The notes beneath the pieces are model-generated. The model was not told where the DNA came from and searched no databases. It saw nothing but the letters and a program-made list of their open reading frames with translations. Positions 54,433-63,696 of a DNA stretch of 64,000 bases are shown here, in pieces (position 1 is the stretch's first letter; every line of letters begins with the position of its first letter). Source of the DNA: a virus; the IMG/VR virus record IMGVR_UViG_3300036760_000150, positions 64,001 through 128,000 of that record, one strand, 5' to 3'. A program made the position numbers and the translations under genes.

Positions 54433-54633
54433 TCAATCCAATTTTGTTGGAAATTTAAGTGCCATATCTCGTAACTTCTTCTCTCCGTGAATCAGCCGTA
54501 TAAGGTGGTAGTTGACGAAGTTAAGTTTCCTGGTAGTGGTGATCTCCCGCCCTTTACGATACCAGTACATAGTTGAGTAGTAGAACAGACCTCTCCTGTG
54601 CCAGTACGTGACAGACACTGTCTTAGACGTCAT
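54433..54633 (-). CDS. Small basic hypothetical protein
   Basis: ATGA overlap; MTSKTVSV. Confidence 0.45.
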   Translation of the reverse strand: MTSKTVSVTYWHRRGLFYYSTMYWYRKGREITTTRKLNFVNYHLIRLIHGEKKLRDMALKFPTKLD

Positions 54634-55064
54634 CCGCTTAACCTCTCTGTTAGTTTGATCCAAGACTTCTTTGGGTCGTCCTTGTCGAAGTGGAAGAACT
54701 CACCTTTGAACTTCTTGCCCCACTGCTTGATGTCGTCATCTACCAGTATGTCTCCCAGCAGCAGTCCTTTGTCGCATGTAAGCATGATACGTTTTAACAG
54801 GTATGGGAAGTGCTCTTGTACCCACTTGTACTTCTCTATGGTGCTCCATAAGTTCTTGGTGGATGGTTTGGTGGCTATGTAGAGCTTGAAGTGGCTTTGT
54901 TTAAGTGCCCAGTCCACGAATTCTTTAGCACCCTTGTGAGGCTCAAGGTTCCTGAAGAAGCCCTTGACGAACATCTCTGGAGGATCTTTGACTATCTCCT
55001 TGAGAGATCCCTCGAAGTCAGCCAGCACACCGTCAAGGTCGAGGAAAACAGTGAGCTTCCTCAC
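54630..55064 (-). CDS. 5'(3')-deoxyribonucleotidase (NT5C, HAD)
   Basis: FLDLDGVLADF, GFFRNLEP, EKYKWVQEHFP, GDILVDD. Confidence 0.88.
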   Translation of the reverse strand: MRKLTVFLDLDGVLADFEGSLKEIVKDPPEMFVKGFFRNLEPHKGAKEFVDWALKQSHFKLYIATKPSTKNLWSTIEKYKWVQEHFPYLLKRIMLTCDKGLLLGDILVDDDIKQWGKKFKGEFFHFDKDDPKKSWIKLTERLSG

Positions 55065-55363
55065 GGATCTCCTCCTCCAGGGTCTAGTAGACGTAAGGCT
55101 GTTGCTTGTATGTCACTTAGCTTCTGAAGTGCATCGATATGGTTTATAAGCTTGCCCATGTCACGTTTAGCACATGCCACGAAGATGCCGTCGTCGTAGT
55201 GCCACATATCTGCACCTCGTTTGGTGCCCTCATGTTTGCTGAGGCTAGGGCGAGGTTTCTCAAGCACCACGTAGAAAGGGATGTTTGCCGTGCCGGTCCA
55301 TTTATCTTCTGGCGCAGCCTTCTCCCAACGTAGTTTTATGTCTCTGAACTCTTCCTCGGTCAT
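55061..55363 (-). CDS. Hypothetical protein
   Basis: Strong SD AAGGAGG. Confidence 0.6.
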   Translation of the reverse strand: MTEEEFRDIKLRWEKAAPEDKWTGTANIPFYVVLEKPRPSLSKHEGTKRGADMWHYDDGIFVACAKRDMGKLINHIDALQKLSDIQATALRLLDPGGGDP

Positions 55364-55372
55364 CCTGCCTCC

Positions 55373-55612
55373 TTAAATATCCTCTGCCTTCAGGCTGCTG
55401 GTTAACTTCATATTTATCCAGTCCTTCATGTAGGTCAGCTCTGCGTTGGCATACTTCATGGCTTTGGCTTTTGATAGCAGCCTGATCTTGACCTTATCGT
55501 CGACCATGGACTCGGCCATCAGGAACGCGCTCACGATGCTTTGCTCGTTCGCCGCTATGCGACGATCCAGTTTGTTCAGTACAGCGTTAACTTTTTTGCT
55601 CATAGTGTACAT
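55373..55612 (-). CDS. Hypothetical protein
   Basis: SD GAGGAGG; helical. Confidence 0.55.
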   Translation of the reverse strand: MYTMSKKVNAVLNKLDRRIAANEQSIVSAFLMAESMVDDKVKIRLLSKAKAMKYANAELTYMKDWINMKLTSSLKAEDI

Positions 55613-55613
55613 G

Positions 55614-56207
55614 TTAGTCCCTCCTCAGTAGCTTGTCAACAGCCCACTGTAGCTTCCATTGGATGGTTCGGTGGTACCGCCAGTAGAACCTAGATATGTT
55701 GTACCAGATCGCCCTCTTTATTCTAGTAAGTTTTTTTTGTAAAGAACTAGACTTGAGGTACCTCTCCACCTTGAACATGTCTCTGGCAGTGAAGCCGTTG
55801 TACGGGTCGGTCAAGAACAAGTTGCCCATGTATGGGTTCATGTCTCTGTCGTCGTCCAGTATGATGATATCTTCTGACTCAACAGGCACGTGGAACATCC
55901 TCAGGAAGGACCTGATCTCGTGTCCACGGTGCCCACCTCTCAAGGCTGGTGTAACACCGACAACTCGTGGGCCTATCTTGGGGCCTAGTATGTCTCTAAG
56001 CTCTGCCAGGGGATGGCCAAGGCGCCATGTAGAAGACACGACGACACTGATATCCTTGTTCTTCTCAAGCAGGTGTGCTAGAAGTGACATAGCCACTGGG
56101 TCAAGCTCATGCCTAGGGGCACGTTCAGCATCGGAGTTAACCTGATGGTGTATGCAGCCGCCAGCAGTGAACAAGACTCCGTCGATGTCAAGGAACAGAA
56201 GTTTCAT
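55614..56207 (-). CDS. HAD domain protein (Swiss Army Knife RNA-repair type)
   Basis: LFLDIDGVL, VVSSTWR, RGHEI, ILDDD. Confidence 0.85.
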   Translation of the reverse strand: MKLLFLDIDGVLFTAGGCIHHQVNSDAERAPRHELDPVAMSLLAHLLEKNKDISVVVSSTWRLGHPLAELRDILGPKIGPRVVGVTPALRGGHRGHEIRSFLRMFHVPVESEDIIILDDDRDMNPYMGNLFLTDPYNGFTARDMFKVERYLKSSSLQKKLTRIKRAIWYNISRFYWRYHRTIQWKLQWAVDKLLRRD

Positions 56208-56427
56208 CTGTATCTTTCTTTATGATGGACGATAACCTCATGATGTAACCATACTGCGAGAATTCGTAGTGGTTAAAGGTGAAACTGTGATTGATACATT
56301 CCAATTCGTTGCAGCTGATAAATTTGCTGATACTTCGGTACCATTTTTTTGTTGTCTCAACCTGCTCCAGAGTCCTACATGATCCTAGCACCTTAAGCAC
56401 GTACTTGAACTTGTCCTTGTTACTCAT
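56188..56427 (-). CDS. Hypothetical protein
   Basis: KVLGSCRTLEQVETTKKW. Confidence 0.55.
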   Translation of the reverse strand: MSNKDKFKYVLKVLGSCRTLEQVETTKKWYRSISKFISCNELECINHSFTFNHYEFSQYGYIMRLSSIIKKDTDETSVP

Positions 56428-56648
56428 TTTTTACATCTCGGTTTTATACGACCGTTCAGTAGGTATGCCAGTGCATCTTTCAGTTGTCGGAATGTTTCTA
56501 TGCCGAACAATATATGTTCGGCATCAAGCATGTCGTTGTCTCGTAGGTATATGTTGCCTAATTTGTTGTCGCACTCATCATCCTTCCAGTATACCTGGTA
56601 GTAGTCACCGTAGTCTTCAACTCGTATGGTTACTTTTACCTTAATCAT
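56424..56648 (-). CDS. Hypothetical protein
   Basis: Coupled ORF. Confidence 0.5.
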   Translation of the reverse strand: MIKVKVTIRVEDYGDYYQVYWKDDECDNKLGNIYLRDNDMLDAEHILFGIETFRQLKDALAYLLNGRIKPRCKK

Positions 56649-56938
56649 TCGACGTCTTTAGGAAACAGTATAGAGAATATCCCTATTCTGGGGCTAAACA
56701 TGCCACCGTTGCCATCTTTTTTTCTGGCTTCTTCTTCGGTGTTATGTACATGTTTACCGTATGGTATATAATATTCGCCATCGCCACCTTGTAGTACAGT
56801 CACATACCCCGTCTTACCAGACCATCGTTTGCATACATTGTCATCTATTTGGATGTAGAATTCGGTAGGTTGATCTTCCATCTTCGGGTACGTTTTTGGC
56901 AACGTTAATAGAAAGTTCATCTGTTTCTCCTTACTCAT
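56645..56938 (-). CDS. Hypothetical protein
   Basis: Coupled ORF. Confidence 0.55.
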   Translation of the reverse strand: MSKEKQMNFLLTLPKTYPKMEDQPTEFYIQIDDNVCKRWSGKTGYVTVLQGGDGEYYIPYGKHVHNTEEEARKKDGNGGMFSPRIGIFSILFPKDVE

Positions 56939-57452
56939 CGTCTTCCTCTCGATGATGATGCTCGTTAGTTATCTGTCCATCGCTTGTGATAGTGAACGTG
57001 CAATGGTCATCGTCGGTTGTGGAGTATGTTCCGGGTGACAGTACCGACAACCTAGTGTTGTTGCCGTTGAACTTGTCTGACAGAGAGGCCAGGATGATGC
57101 CGTTGTACAACCTCAACAGTACCTCATCGTTCACTCCTGATGCGTCACCACATGGGTTGATAAGCTCGGTGGTCATGTAAGGGCTAGATGCTACGCCAAG
57201 GCCGTCTTTACCATCTTGACCGTCAAGACCGTTGCATATCTCCTGCGACATGATGTTGCTGTCTGACCCTATGTCCAACCGCCCGTTGTCGTTCGTGTCG
57301 ACAGCTGTAAGTAGTGTTACCCCGCCGTTGGAGCAGCTGGCAGCCGTAGGTGCAGTTGACACAACTGCGTTGTGGCCGTTGCCACCAGTACCACCTACCT
57401 GAGGTGTACATGCCGTTAGCATGAGTGTTGTAAGTATCAACAATGACTTCAT
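56931..57452 (-). CDS. Lipoprotein with short collagen-like segment
   Basis: Signal peptide with lipobox LTAC; GLDGQDGKDG; CSNGG...DTNDNGRLD. Confidence 0.78.
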   Translation of the reverse strand: MKSLLILTTLMLTACTPQVGGTGGNGHNAVVSTAPTAASCSNGGVTLLTAVDTNDNGRLDIGSDSNIMSQEICNGLDGQDGKDGLGVASSPYMTTELINPCGDASGVNDEVLLRLYNGIILASLSDKFNGNNTRLSVLSPGTYSTTDDDHCTFTITSDGQITNEHHHREEDDE

Positions 57453-57671
57453 TTATCTACCCTTTCCTACGCTAAGCTTTTTGGCAAGTTTGGCGCGCTC
57501 TTTCTTGGACGCGAAACCGCCAGCGTCCAACCTTGCAAGCTGTTGTTGAGGTGTGCACCTGGAAGCCTCAGCTTGGCGAACCTTCGCCTCTTCATGCTTC
57601 TTCTGTTTCAATTGCGCAGCGATCCCTTTCTTACGACTGTTGTCTTTTGGGCCTTTATTGAGCAAGCTCAT
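57453..57671 (-). CDS. Small basic protein
   Basis: SD AGGAGG then MSLLNKGPK; TPQQQLARLD...KERAKL. Confidence 0.62.
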   Translation of the reverse strand: MSLLNKGPKDNSRKKGIAAQLKQKKHEEAKVRQAEASRCTPQQQLARLDAGGFASKKERAKLAKKLSVGKGR

Positions 57672-57924
57672 GTATCCTCCTAGTTTTTTATCCTCTTCCC
57701 GGTGTGTCTTCTCGCAAACCCAGATGGCAGCCTTGACAAGTGTCAACAACAACTCAGAGAGCATTGAGCTTTATCATCGTTGCGTTGAGCTGTCGACGAG
57801 CGAACTGTATCTTCTTGCGGTCTGACTGTCGACGTTCAGGAACGCCGTTGATGATATGGTCAAGGTTCGTCGTCATCTCGATGAACTGTTGGTAACCCTT
57901 GATAGCCTTCTTCAAGTTCTCTGT

Positions 57925-58307
57925 CTTAGACATTCGTTCCTCCTGTTTGTGGTACCCCGAGGTACTTGTGATCCTTAAAATTTCGTTGGTGCGACCCTTT
58001 CTTGTTGAGCCAAAGGGGTGCAGATAAGTCCAGTTGGGTTGATGACCATCACTAGGTCCAGCTTGTCTGAGTAATGAGTTCTGATCACCACGTTTCTCAT
58101 TATATTGTTCCTCACCTCAACTATCTCAACTCTAACTTGAGAGAAGTCCACGTGACTTGGCGGAGTTATCACCCCATGTCTGTCGAGAAGCTCTCCCCTG
58201 GCATGGTCGCTGAGCTTTAGTCTGACAGGCGCTGTTGGGAACTCACACCTCGGCAACCCCTTGAGCAGGTGGTACCTGCCATTCCTGTACGATCCAACAA
58301 GCTTCAT
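57925..58307 (-). CDS. Conserved phage hypothetical protein (apparent 1-nt insertion in the G run near 58015)
   Basis: HA....DRHG.I..P...DLVMV; removing one base gives ICTLWLNKKGSH...KY instead of the premature end at 57975. Confidence 0.55.
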
Positions 58308-58543
58308 CGTTCTAACTTGCAGGAGTAGATCGTATCCCCTGTCTGTTCGTTCATCTGAACGTAGTAGAATCCTAAACTGTCGTATCCTGCTGATCGTCCA
58401 GGACCTCTGCTCTTTTGGCAGTGACCTTCAAAACCAAGGCCGCTGCTTTTTACAAGTGTGACTCTGTTGCCACCAGAGGCTACCTTCAGTGCTGCCATGA
58501 TCTTTGGTTTGCGTGGATCTGTAGATTTCACATGTCTAGACAT
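58304..58543 (-). CDS. Hypothetical protein
   Basis: SD GAGGTG; ATGA overlap. Confidence 0.55.
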   Translation of the reverse strand: MSRHVKSTDPRKPKIMAALKVASGGNRVTLVKSSGLGFEGHCQKSRGPGRSAGYDSLGFYYVQMNEQTGDTIYSCKLER

Positions 58544-58706
58544 TTTTCACCTCTTCGTTCTCTATCATAAACGCGACGTCTGCACCGTCGTCCATGGTCA
58601 CGTCAGCGCTCATCATGGTACTTTTAAGCACCATCTCTGTCACCTGTTTGAGGGCATTCTTGAGTGACCCTCCCCTGGTCACGTCGATCTCTATCTTGAG
58701 CTTCAT
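58536..58706 (-). CDS. Hypothetical protein
   Basis: MKLKIEIDV. Confidence 0.5.
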   Translation of the reverse strand: MKLKIEIDVTRGGSLKNALKQVTEMVLKSTMMSADVTMDDGADVAFMIENEEVKNV

Positions 58707-58735
58707 ACACGCTTCCTTCAAGGGGAAGGCAGCCC

Positions 58736-59698
58736 TTAGGCTGCCACCGCCATCGCCACTGCAGTCTCAAGTGCACGTTTGTTGAGCTGAGCACTCTGTC
58801 CGAACCACATCTGGTCGAGTCGAATAGCGTTGTCTTCACCACGGACAAACTGGAGATACTCGTTCACCGAGTTGTATGCTCCCCAAAGTGTACCTTTGAC
58901 GCCGGGAAGGTCGTTGCCACGGCCCTTCTCGAAGATAGGTTGCACAGCGGCCAAGATCCGTTTGTTGTTGATGTCGGCGACATCGCCGCCAGCTTCGATG
59001 ATCTTCTTGTTGGAGTTGAACACCAGCTTCACGTACCTCTCGAAGTCTTTCTGGTTGATCTGACGTGACGCAAGCGCACGGTACTGGGCTGCTGTGGCCT
59101 CGAACTCAGCGTTGGCCAAGTTCATGATACCACGGATGTCTTCGAGGTTCTGGGTGACGTTCTTCGTGTGGCGGACTCGGATGAGCTTTGATCCTTCATG
59201 TCCGTGAGCCATGGCCAATGTGTTAGCGCACACGACCCTCACAGGAGTGAAACCGACTCGGACGGCGAGTGTGCCATCGTGGCTGTTCGACAGCAGGACG
59301 TACTTCTCGACGGCGTCACCTTTGACGATCTCGGTTGGGTCGAGGGCCAACTTAGCAAGGACGAACACACGTTGTCCACCACGAAGCGAACCTGCAGTCT
59401 CGATGGCAGCCTGCTTCTCGTCGATGAATGGACGGAAGAAGTTGAAGGCGTCGGTGTTCTGGAGTGGGACGTAGGCTGGACCGACCACGCCCAAGATCTT
59501 GTTGTCAGACGACCTGCGTGTGGCCAGGGCAGGAAGCTCTTCCTGGGTGCCAGAGAACACCTTCTCTGTGGTCACCTTCCAGTCGAGACCGGCAGCGATG
59601 ATGGCCTCGTCTAGGGTGGGAGGTTCTGTGAACCGTTGACCGAGATTGTGCCAAGGAACATTACCAACATACATGATCTGTTCTACTTCGTGTGCCAT
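58736..59698 (-). CDS. DUF932/DUF945 phage/plasmid-like protein
   Basis: MAHEVE, PWHNLG, YVPLQN, ETAGSLRGG, NSHDG, RVVCANTL, TLWGAYNSVNEY. Confidence 0.9.
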   Translation of the reverse strand: MAHEVEQIMYVGNVPWHNLGQRFTEPPTLDEAIIAAGLDWKVTTEKVFSGTQEELPALATRRSSDNKILGVVGPAYVPLQNTDAFNFFRPFIDEKQAAIETAGSLRGGQRVFVLAKLALDPTEIVKGDAVEKYVLLSNSHDGTLAVRVGFTPVRVVCANTLAMAHGHEGSKLIRVRHTKNVTQNLEDIRGIMNLANAEFEATAAQYRALASRQINQKDFERYVKLVFNSNKKIIEAGGDVADINNKRILAAVQPIFEKGRGNDLPGVKGTLWGAYNSVNEYLQFVRGEDNAIRLDQMWFGQSAQLNKRALETAVAMAVAA

Positions 59699-59728
59699 CT
59701 TGAACCTCCTAGAAATGGTTATAGGAAC

Positions 59729-59757
59729 ATTGTACAGTCAACCGGGTAAGATTGCAA
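59729..59757 (-). promoter_or_regulatory. Sigma70-type early promoter
   Basis: TTGCAA-N17-TACAAT upstream of SD AGGAGG. Confidence 0.72.
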
Positions 59758-59889
59758 CCATCATGCCAACCTGAAGTCGTTTTATACGCATAAAAACGAC
59801 CACAATGTAGACGTTGCCTACTTTATACGCATAAACATCGAATTTTAAGTTGAAACAATTACTTAGATTGGTTTGGCGACATGTTGTGC

Positions 59890-61971
59890 CTAAACGTTCG
59901 CCACCGTTGTGTCGACGACCACTACTGGGGTATCGTCCACCTTGAACGATGGTATACCGTTCCACGGAGCCATGAGCATGACAGCGCTAAGATCCGGCAT
60001 CTCCTCCACGTATCGCCTGACCTGTCTGTAGACGTCGGCCCTCTTCTGTGAGTTGACCTTGAGTTCTATGGCGATCTTCTCGCCGTGGCGGCTGACCATG
60101 AAATCAAGCCTACTCCTGCTGGTTATCTTGACCTCTCGTTCAACAACAGCGTCTGGCACCAAGCCGGGCAATACCTTAGACAAAGCCTCCTGCATCTCTT
60201 TCTCGTTGTTTGTAGGCAGCCTTACTCGTCTGAGAGCCTGTGCAACGTCTCCTATGAGACCGACCTCAGGGACTGGCTCTGGTATATCCTCCCCGATCTT
60301 CTTTAGGTACTCCTTGGCCATGTCACGCACCCTGTCCACGTTGAACCCAGCATCCCTGAGGATCTCTGCCTGACCATCTTTACCTTCAACCAGGCCGTCA
60401 TGCTGGCTGCGCTTGACGCCTAGGATCTTCATCATGAATGGGTCGGAGCCGTCTGGTATGGTGATATAGAATGCTTGAACTGGTTTTGTCTGACCGTCAC
60501 GGTCCAGCCTGGAGACAACTTGGTCCATCACGTGTGGACTCCAGTCAAGCTCTCCGAACACAACAGTCGAGCACGCTCTCTGGAGACCGTCTAGACCAGC
60601 ACCACTTCTTAGGCTGATGATGAACACCCTAGCCTCACCTTCCACGAACTCCTTAACTGCTTTGTCTTTCTGTGCGGCAGACTCGCTGCCTGTGTACATG
60701 ACAGGGTTGTAGGATGCAAGCTCTTTAAGCCAAACATCATAGCAATCCCTGTGCCATCCAGCCAAGACAACCTTGTCGCCTCCGTCTAGGACCATCTTCA
60801 TGAACTCCGCCACCGGTTTAGCCTTGGCTACCCCTGTGGCGTGACGTAGCTTCCAGTCGAACTCCCTCGCACTCTCGCTGCTGTCTGTGACGTTTCCACT
60901 GAGAACGCTGATAGCTAGTAATTTCGCCACATCCTCGACTTCTTTAAGCTTGTCTATGTCGGCGTCGACCGTGTATACGTGTTTGGCGCAGTCACCGAAC
61001 TTCAGTCCAGCCTCCTCTGGTGTCCTGCGGAGCATGAGTCCTTGACTCTTGAGGTAACTATGTAAGATGCTTGGTTCTGTCACTTTTCCCCATGTGCACC
61101 ACTCGTCCATGAAGTCGTACTCTTCCCCTAGACACCCTTCTTTTATCACGTCGAGCACGCTCCATATCTCAGAGCCGTAGTTGTAGATGGGAGTACCTGT
61201 GAGGCCAAGGCAGTACTTCATGTTGTTAGATATCATCTTGCACAAGTTACGCTTGGCAGTGCCTGTGTGTCTCAGCTCGTGAGCCTCGTCTAATATCAGT
61301 GTTTTAACCTGTTTTGACAATGGTACCAGGACGTCTTGCCACGGTGCTAGCCTGTTGTAGCTAGTGACCACTACGTCTACCTGTGGAAGCTCGTAGTTCT
61401 TGAACCCTTTTATGATATGCGTTGTGACTTCTGGAAGAAATCGTTTGATCTCCCTGTCCCACTGGGTGCATAGGTATGGAGGTACGACGATTATCGCCGG
61501 TCTACGCTCTGGCTCACATAGTGTAGATATCGCACTGGCCGTTTTACCTAACCCCATTCTATCAGCCAGAAGCATCCTGCCCATCTTGGCGAACATGTTG
61601 TTGAACTTGACCTGGTGATCTCTTAGTGGTAGAGCAAGCTTAAGAGCTTCTTCGCTTATCTTGTAGACTCCGTCTTTATGAGAGTTGATGACAGCGTCTA
61701 TTATCTTGTCGTACTCTTCACTCTTTGATGTGATCTGATGTAAGTCTGACTCGCTGATCTGCAGGTTGTACCTCTGCAGTATCCATGTGATATCTTTGGC
61801 TGCGTTCATGGTAAGCGGGAATGATATAGGCTTGTGGGTGAACTTACCTTGGTCGAAGTGAGGTTTGGCGTTGTCGAACAGTTTGCGAAGCCGCATCATT
61901 ATGTGAGGTTCGGCATCCACAACAAGTCTACAATCTTGGTTGTCTAAGTAGACAACACCTTGGTAGTTCAT
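59890..61971 (-). CDS. SNF2/SWI2-family helicase fused to a C-terminal PD-(D/E)XK nuclease
   Basis: LLADRMGLGKT, DEAH, LTGTP, SGAGLD, QVVSRLDRDGQ; C-terminal EREV...RLDF...IAIELK...QVRRY. Confidence 0.85.
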   Translation of the reverse strand: MNYQGVVYLDNQDCRLVVDAEPHIMMRLRKLFDNAKPHFDQGKFTHKPISFPLTMNAAKDITWILQRYNLQISESDLHQITSKSEEYDKIIDAVINSHKDGVYKISEEALKLALPLRDHQVKFNNMFAKMGRMLLADRMGLGKTASAISTLCEPERRPAIIVVPPYLCTQWDREIKRFLPEVTTHIIKGFKNYELPQVDVVVTSYNRLAPWQDVLVPLSKQVKTLILDEAHELRHTGTAKRNLCKMISNNMKYCLGLTGTPIYNYGSEIWSVLDVIKEGCLGEEYDFMDEWCTWGKVTEPSILHSYLKSQGLMLRRTPEEAGLKFGDCAKHVYTVDADIDKLKEVEDVAKLLAISVLSGNVTDSSESAREFDWKLRHATGVAKAKPVAEFMKMVLDGGDKVVLAGWHRDCYDVWLKELASYNPVMYTGSESAAQKDKAVKEFVEGEARVFIISLRSGAGLDGLQRACSTVVFGELDWSPHVMDQVVSRLDRDGQTKPVQAFYITIPDGSDPFMMKILGVKRSQHDGLVEGKDGQAEILRDAGFNVDRVRDMAKEYLKKIGEDIPEPVPEVGLIGDVAQALRRVRLPTNNEKEMQEALSKVLPGLVPDAVVEREVKITSRSRLDFMVSRHGEKIAIELKVNSQKRADVYRQVRRYVEEMPDLSAVMLMAPWNGIPSFKVDDTPVVVVDTTVANV

Positions 61972-62225
61972 CAGGTTAACCTGTTCGCCAACTCTATAGC
62001 TTCTTTGGCTAGCGGATGTCTTTCATCGAAGTCGACGCAAGGAGAGGTTTCATCTTCCTTAAGAAGTTCGAGTGCTCGTCCCATGATATACCAACTTTTT
62101 TCTAGGCCATCGTAAGACGCGTCGCTGAGGTAAGGTTTGCATGCTATGTAGTATGCGTACTTGGCAGCTAAGAGTTTAACCGTGGCGTCGTGGTACAACG
62201 ACTGGCAGAAATCCTTCTCTACCAT
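61971..62225 (-). CDS. Stand-alone NAD-dependent DNA ligase subdomain Ia
   Basis: KYAYYIACKPYLSDASYDGLEK matches the LigA YY...P.ISD.EYD motif; only 84 aa. Confidence 0.75.
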   Translation of the reverse strand: MVEKDFCQSLYHDATVKLLAAKYAYYIACKPYLSDASYDGLEKSWYIMGRALELLKEDETSPCVDFDERHPLAKEAIELANRLT

Positions 62226-62269
62226 GATCCTATTTTTGAACGATATCTCTCTCTCGACTTCTTGTTGAT

Positions 62270-62648
62270 TTATGATGGTATACCACCTTCCTTGTAACGT
62301 CTTATGCCTCGAAAACCCTTCATATCAGGACCGTCTACTGTGTGAAACTTACCGCTTCTCTGTATAAACCAACCTTTATACCATGTTTGACCAGTGGTGT
62401 CACATGTGAAATCGTTAAGTTTGACACAACTGACGATCTTCATCCATCCTCTTATCCTACCACGCCATACGATGAAGCACCTATCTCCTGCGTTGACGTT
62501 TGGTTTGAATGGTACTCTGTAGTTCATAACATAAGATCCATCGGATACATGATTCAATTCTTTCTGGTAATCTTCCCATTTCACGGTTTGCGGTATGGTT
62601 ATAACCCAATCAACTACAGGATTATCATTTGAATTTTTCTGTTTCAAG
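62270..62648 (-). CDS. Hypothetical protein (PUA/ASCH-like possible)
   Basis: AGDRCFIVWRGRIRGW...MKGFRGIRRY; AT-rich. Confidence 0.5.
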
Positions 62649-62649
62649 T

Positions 62650-62778
62650 TTACTGCTCGTCCTTGTCGTTGATGTCCCACACGTAGTTGCACAGGTTGCA
62701 TATGCATATGACGCCATACGGTAACACCTCTGTGGTGACCACTGAGTTCTTACATCTTGGACAGTACAAAAGTTTCAT
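62650..62778 (-). CDS. Small Zn-ribbon protein
   Basis: MKLLYCPRC...CNLCNYVW; ATGA overlap. Confidence 0.55.
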   Translation of the reverse strand: MKLLYCPRCKNSVVTTEVLPYGVICICNLCNYVWDINDKDEQ

Positions 62779-63002
62779 CTTCTCTTTCTTCCAGGACGAG
62801 TGTCCCACAACATACCGTTACGTATGTAGTTTCTCAGCTCCTCAAGCTCCTTCACCACAACTAGTTCTGACTCGCTCATCTTGGCGAGCCAACCTGGCCT
62901 GAAGACCGGATCGTACTTGCTTGTTATGAGCGATAGCCTATGATCTATAGTTGCCACGATCTTCCTCTTAGTATCGAAGAACACGTCAGAGCGTGCGCTC
63001 AT
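62775..63002 (-). CDS. Hypothetical protein
   Basis: MSARSDVFF. Confidence 0.5.
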   Translation of the reverse strand: MSARSDVFFDTKRKIVATIDHRLSLITSKYDPVFRPGWLAKMSESELVVVKELEELRNYIRNGMLWDTRPGRKRR

Positions 63003-63083
63003 TTCCCAAATTCTTCTTCGAGTTGTCTGCATCGTCTGTAGAGGCTCTTCACCTGCTTCTTTTTGTCGTTCAAGGTTAATTTA

Positions 63084-63524
63084 TCAGAGAGGAGTACGTC
63101 TCGTATCCTGTCTGGGATAATATTTAACTTCTTTGACATCTATATTTCCCTCAAGTGTGATTCGTTCGGCGGAGACGTCGCGCTGAAGAGCTGCCTCTTC
63201 AGTGAACTGTGTGCCATATCGTTTCATGAGTTTAGCCGCGTTTGCAGCCATAGCTTCTTCAAAAGATGATCCTAGTGTGTCAAGCGTTCTGGCTAGATAC
63301 CACAGTATATCACCCGATTCTTCTATGAGGTTTACTTTGTCAAGTTCTTTACCGTAGGCTATGTATTTCTTCAGTGCATCTTGTAGCTCGCCCAACTCTG
63401 TGCACATGCCAATTGAGTAATGAATTAGAGCTGCAACGTCTCCATTACAGAGACGCTCCTTCACCACTTGGTAGTCTGATCTATCAAGTTTCTTTGCAGC
63501 TTTCATGAACGAGTTGTTATCCAT
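63084..63524 (-). CDS. MazG-like nucleotide pyrophosphohydrolase
   Basis: GMCTELGELQDALKK...EESGDILWY...NAAKLMKRY. Confidence 0.88.
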   Translation of the reverse strand: MDNNSFMKAAKKLDRSDYQVVKERLCNGDVAALIHYSIGMCTELGELQDALKKYIAYGKELDKVNLIEESGDILWYLARTLDTLGSSFEEAMAANAAKLMKRYGTQFTEEAALQRDVSAERITLEGNIDVKEVKYYPRQDTRRTPL

Positions 63525-63696
63525 TCGCACCTCTCGCCTTGGTTCTTAGCCAAGATCCACCACGTTTAGTCATGATATGTATGCATTTTCTACAGGTTAT
63601 GTCGCTGCTGTCATGTGGGTTGATTGTCCCGTATTTTTGGCCACACAACAGAAGGTATGCTGGGCTACGCCACCGCCAATGGTGCAGTTTCTTCAC
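63517..63696 (-). CDS. Small putative Zn-binding protein
   Basis: GTG start; LHH...LLCGQK...ITCRKC. Confidence 0.5.
   Translation of the reverse strand: MKKLHHWRWRSPAYLLLCGQKYGTINPHDSSDITCRKCIHIMTKRGGSWLRTKARGANG

Noticed and set aside
59824-59855. Possible dif/Xer site (TATACGCATAA ... TTAAGTTGAAA)
   Set aside because: The arms are 10 bp apart rather than 6-8 and the XerD arm is imperfect; treated as an operator instead.
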